Of a DNA stretch of 64,000 nucleotides, positions 60,229 through 64,000 are shown one piece after another. The translations under genes and the position numbers were made by a program. Source of the DNA: Acidobacteriota bacterium (GTDB lineage Bacteria > Acidobacteriota > UBA6911 > RPQK01 > JAJDTT01); NCBI GenBank assembly GCA_965263035.1, contig OZ253580.1, forward strand, positions 736,001-800,000, read 5' to 3'. The first letter of the stretch is position 1. Every line of letters begins with the position of its first letter. The notes under the pieces are model-generated. The model made no database searches and was not told where the DNA came from. It saw nothing but the letters and a program-made list of their open reading frames with translations.

Positions 60229-61008
60229 GTGGCTCGCAGGTTGACGCGCAGGGAGATCGTTCAAGAGGACCGGATCTACTCGATATTGAGCCGGATTTCC
60301 CAGTGGACGGTGGGAAATCGGACTCAGTTGGTGGCGGGATCGGGGATCGTGGTGGTGAGCCTGCTGGGTTATTATATCTGGGAGGGCTATCGCGAAAGCT
60401 CCATCCAGGAAGCTCAGAAGTTGTTCGCCGAGGCGCTGGACACCTACCACGCCCCGGTCAAGGAATTGATTCCCGAACCCGGCTCCGATCCTGACGGTCA
60501 GAACCAGTCCCGGGATCCGGCGCCGGAGTACCGTTTCGAGACCGTATCGGAACGGCGGGCGGCCTCCGAAGCGGAGTTCGAAAAGGTATCGAGCGACTAC
60601 CCCGACACCCGCCTCGGCTTTTTCTCCCGCTATTACCTGGGACTGATTCAGCGGCAGAGCCAGGACGGGGAGAAGGCCCGACAGCATCTGAAATGGGTCG
60701 TGGAAAACAGCGGCGACAGCGACGTCAGAAACCTGTCACGAAACGTCCTGGCGGACATTGCACTGGGGGAGGAGAATCACGAGGAGGCCCTGACTTACCT
60801 CCAACAGCTCCTGGGAGACCCCACTCCCCAGGTCCCGGAGCAGACCGTCTTGATGCGGATCGCCCGGACTCACGAGGCTCTGGGCAATATCGAGCAGGCT
60901 CTGGAGAGCTACAAGAAGATCACGAACGATTACCCCACCAGCACCCAAGCCCCGGAGGCTCAGTCCGAGATCGATCGCCTGGAACCGGACCCCGTCCCCC
61001 AAGCCTGA
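60229..61008 (+). CDS. YfgM-like membrane-anchored TPR protein
   Basis: Basic N-terminus, one TM (LLGYYIW), TPR helices, YP.S..A.EA C-terminal repeat. Confidence 0.75.
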   Translation: MARRLTRREIVQEDRIYSILSRISQWTVGNRTQLVAGSGIVVVSLLGYYIWEGYRESSIQEAQKLFAEALDTYHAPVKELIPEPGSDPDGQNQSRDPAPEYRFETVSERRAASEAEFEKVSSDYPDTRLGFFSRYYLGLIQRQSQDGEKARQHLKWVVENSGDSDVRNLSRNVLADIALGEENHEEALTYLQQLLGDPTPQVPEQTVLMRIARTHEALGNIEQALESYKKITNDYPTSTQAPEAQSEIDRLEPDPVPQA

Positions 61009-61053
61009 CCTCGGTTTTTCCAGACCTGCCCGGTACTTGCAAGGGTTCGGCGA

Positions 61054-61569
61054 TCAGTACTTGAGGAGCGAGAAGATCTCCACGCCGGGGACCTTGGATC
61101 TCCCCTGAAGAAACTCCAGTTCCACCAGAAAGGCCGCGCCCACCAGGTTTGCCTCCAAGCGGCGGACCAACTCCACGGCGGCGGCGGCCGTGCCACCCGT
61201 GGCCATCAGATCGTCCACGATGAGGACCCGCTCTCCGGCTTCGATGGCGTCCTCGTGGATCTCGATACGATCCTGCCCGTACTCCAGGTCGTAGGCGACC
61301 TCCAGGGTCTTGGCGGGAAGCTTGCCCGGCTTCCTGACCGGGACGAATCCGGCTCCCAGACGGGTAGCGATGGCCGGCGCCAGGATGAATCCCCTCGATT
61401 CGATCCCCACCACCTTGTCGATCTCGGAACCGGCATAGCGAGCCGCCATGAGATCGATGGCCTGACGCAGCCCGTCAGCGTCCTTCAGCAGGGTCGTCAC
61501 GTCATAGAAGAGGATACCCTCCTTGGGAAAGTCAGGGATCTCCCGGATTTTCTTCTTCAATTCCTCCAC
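61054..61569 (-). CDS. apt: Adenine phosphoribosyltransferase
   Basis: [38 protein letters not shown]. Confidence 0.97.
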   Translation of the reverse strand: MEELKKKIREIPDFPKEGILFYDVTTLLKDADGLRQAIDLMAARYAGSEIDKVVGIESRGFILAPAIATRLGAGFVPVRKPGKLPAKTLEVAYDLEYGQDRIEIHEDAIEAGERVLIVDDLMATGGTAAAAVELVRRLEANLVGAAFLVELEFLQGRSKVPGVEIFSLLKY

Positions 61570-61572
61570 GGC

Positions 61573-61842
61573 TCACCTCTCGATGGAAAAGTTCAGGAAC
61601 GGACTCGGAGACACGTTGGTCCACTCCAGGCCCAGCACCCGGGCAAAGAACGGTCCCGACCTCAGTTGAGCTTCGAACTCCTTCAGGGTGGTGGTCTCAG
61701 CCTCGGCGTGGACCTCCACGTCCCCATCTTCCCGGTTTCGGACCCAACCCCTCACCCCCAGGAGTTGGGCGGACCTGTATGTGAAATACCGAAAGCCCAC
61801 GCCTTGGACCCGGCCCGTCAATCGATAGCGGCGAGCAGCCAT
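61573..61842 (-). CDS. acyP: Acylphosphatase
   Basis: GRVQGVGFR and GWVRN..DG.VE. Confidence 0.95.
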   Translation of the reverse strand: MAARRYRLTGRVQGVGFRYFTYRSAQLLGVRGWVRNREDGDVEVHAEAETTTLKEFEAQLRSGPFFARVLGLEWTNVSPSPFLNFSIER

Positions 61843-61915
61843 GACATCCACCCGTGATTCGCCCGTTCCGATTCCGGGCGACGCTGAGAAAAGCCTTCGG
61901 TAACCAGATTGTGTC

Positions 61916-61992
<77 letters not shown>

Positions 61993-62004
61993 AGGCAGGG
62001 AAGA

Positions 62005-62676
62005 CTAATAGATAGCATATTTCAGGAGCAGGAATCCACCGATCAGGAGAACCCCAAAGACCACGGTCAGCCAACTGAAGTAGCGGTCGATGAACTGCTT
62101 CACCCCGGGACCGAACCGAAGAATGAGAGCTCCGACCAGCAGGAATCGAGCTCCCCGGCTGACGGCCGAAACCAGCAGGAAGGTCGGGAAGTCGATTCGG
62201 AACGCCCCCGCCGCGATGGTGAAGACCTTGTAGGGAAGCGGGGTGAAGCCCGCGACGAAGATGGCGACGGCGTCCCATTCCCGGTACAGCGCCTGGACTT
62301 CCAGGTACGCACTCTGGGCCCCGTAGATCTCGATGATGGGCCGGCCCACCAGCTCGTAGAAGTACAGGCCGAGAGCGTAGCCCAACGCGCCTCCCGCCAC
62401 CGACCCGGCCGTACAGATGGCCGCGAAACCCAGGGCCCGGCCGGGGGCGCCCAAAGCCAGGGCGATCAGAAGCACGTCGGGAGGCACCGGAAAGAAGGAC
62501 GACTCGGCGAAAGCGATCAGAAACAGAATGGCGGCCGCGTACCGCCGGTGGGCCAACGAGAGCACCCAATCGTAGAGTCCCCGGACGACGCCGAGAGCCC
62601 AGGACAAGACCCCCCAAGGCGTACGGCCCGTGCTCGACGAGACTTTCACCGGGAGTTCCAAACCTTCATATCTCAA
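62005..62676 (-). CDS. YqaA/DedA (VTT) family membrane protein (start uncertain)
   Basis: [34 protein letters not shown]. Confidence 0.9.
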   Translation of the reverse strand: MRYEGLELPVKVSSSTGRTPWGVLSWALGVVRGLYDWVLSLAHRRYAAAILFLIAFAESSFFPVPPDVLLIALALGAPGRALGFAAICTAGSVAGGALGYALGLYFYELVGRPIIEIYGAQSAYLEVQALYREWDAVAIFVAGFTPLPYKVFTIAAGAFRIDFPTFLLVSAVSRGARFLLVGALILRFGPGVKQFIDRYFSWLTVVFGVLLIGGFLLLKYAIY

Positions 62677-62808
62677 GCCCGTAAAGACGCCACCGAACCG
62701 GGTGGATTATACCCGGAACGCGCGGGTACAGTGGGTCCGCCGGATGCCCGGGCGGTGTGATCGACCGGGAGCGGAAACCGGCTTGAGTGTTCGGCGAGGT
62801 CACCACCC

Positions 62809-64000
62809 ATGGCGACGGGAGCGGATCTGGAAACGACCCTCAGACGGATCGACGGCCGCGGCTACAGGGCCTACCGGGACATCCGGGGAACGTACGATCT
62901 GGGCGAGTTCCAGCTCTCGGTCGACCACGTTCAAGGGGACCCGTTTGCCGCGCCCTCCCGGATCAGCGTGCGGGTGGAGTCGGGCCGAGCCGGCTTTCCC
63001 GACTCCCTGAGCGTCAACCGGGTCCGGCGCATCGCCTTGGCCGACTTCCTGACCCGGGCCTTTCATCGGGCCATTCGCGAGACCGCCTCGGGGCGCCGGG
63101 GTACCGGACGCAGCGGCCTCTTCGAGATCGATCGCGGGAACCAGGAGGTCCTGGAGGCCAACAGCGTCGTCATCCACCGCGGATTTCTGGAGGCCCGCTT
63201 CACGGCCGGTCTTCCCGCCGCCGGCCGGTCGATCCGTGGCCGTCAGGCGGCGGAGATGCTGCTTTCGGAACTCCCCCGGATCGTTCGCCGGTCCCTTTTT
63301 TTCACCCGCCTGCCGCGGGAGAAACTGCGGAGGCAGATTCAGGTCGTGGAAGATCAGGAAGCGCTGCGCAACCAGCTCGACGAGCGGGGGCTCGTGGCCT
63401 TCGTGGCCAACGGGTCCTCCCTGCCCCGCCGTACCGGCGTGGACGATCGCCCTCTCGTTCCCACACCCTTACAGCCGGTGATCGATTTCCGATCTCCCGC
63501 GAACCTGGAAGTCGAACTCGAAAGGCCGAACGCGGGACCGGTTCGGGGAATGGGCCTGAAACCGGGCGTCACTCTCGTCGTGGGAGGGGGCTTCCACGGC
63601 AAGACCACTCTGCTGAATGCATTGGAGCGGGGCGTCTACAACCAGATTCCCGGGGACGGGCGGGAGGGTGTGGTCACCATCGAATCCGCCCTCAAGATAC
63701 GGGCCGAAGATGGGCGCTACGTGGAGAAGGTGGATCTCTCCCCCTTCATCCGGAACCTCCCGCTGGACAGAGAAACGGGAAATTTCTCCACCGAGAACGC
63801 ATCCGGGTCCACCTCACAGGCAGCCGGAATCGTGGAGGCCCTGGAAATGGGCTGCCGCCTCCTGCTCATGGACGAGGACACCTCGGCCACCAACTTCATC
63901 ATCCGGGACGCCCGGATGCAGGCGTTGGTGGCCAAGCCCAAGGAGCCCATCACCCCCTTCATCGACAAGGTCCGGCAGATGTTTCGGGACTACGGCGTTT
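62809..64000 (+). CDS. Predicted ABC-class P-loop ATPase (COG3044-like), truncated by window end
   Basis: L..IDGRGY.AY, DHVQGDPFA.PS, Walker A GGGFHGKTT, IRAEDGR, ASGSTSQA, Walker B LLMDEDTSATNF. Confidence 0.9.
   Translation, partial: MATGADLETTLRRIDGRGYRAYRDIRGTYDLGEFQLSVDHVQGDPFAAPSRISVRVESGRAGFPDSLSVNRVRRIALADFLTRAFHRAIRETASGRRGTGRSGLFEIDRGNQEVLEANSVVIHRGFLEARFTAGLPAAGRSIRGRQAAEMLLSELPRIVRRSLFFTRLPREKLRRQIQVVEDQEALRNQLDERGLVAFVANGSSLPRRTGVDDRPLVPTPLQPVIDFRSPANLEVELERPNAGPVRGMGLKPGVTLVVGGGFHGKTTLLNALERGVYNQIPGDGREGVVTIESALKIRAEDGRYVEKVDLSPFIRNLPLDRETGNFSTENASGSTSQAAGIVEALEMGCRLLLMDEDTSATNFIIRDARMQALVAKPKEPITPFIDKVRQMFRDYGV

Overview
This is GC-rich bacterial DNA, most likely Acidobacteriota (inferred from two GWxTD proteins, Oar-like TonB-dependent receptors without SusD partners, and a CRTAC1/ASPIC-UnbV protein). 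Two housekeeping blocks flank the window. On the left (1-13.6 kb) are the accC 3' end, an NSS transporter, thiE, ribD, corC-like/ybeY/7TM-HD, the yceD-rpmF-fabD-fabG-acpP-fabF cluster and a dGTPase. On the right (60.1-64 kb) are tRNA-Arg, a TPR protein, apt, acyP, tRNA-Pro, a YqaA/DedA protein and an ABC-class ATPase. Between them is a ~46 kb accessory uptake and catabolism region with no recognisable regulator. It holds two TBDRs, three CocE/NonD paralogs, two PHP-like metallohydrolases, a sulfatase, a ceramidase-like protein, a fused E1 plus E2 2-oxoacid dehydrogenase, hydantoinase A/B, two enolase-superfamily genes, two Na+/solute symporters each with a small membrane partner, a parvulin-TPR fusion and CRTAC1. 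One enolase gene is cleanly split by a 1512-bp IS1595 element with an 8-bp TSD; the element carries a DNA-methyltransferase fragment and a 58-aa ORF. Other points of interest are a probable bacterial homolog of the mitochondrial Mit_KHE1 family, REP-like doublets and a decayed duplicate of the acpP 5' end. All product calls come from motif recognition by eye; no database search was run.
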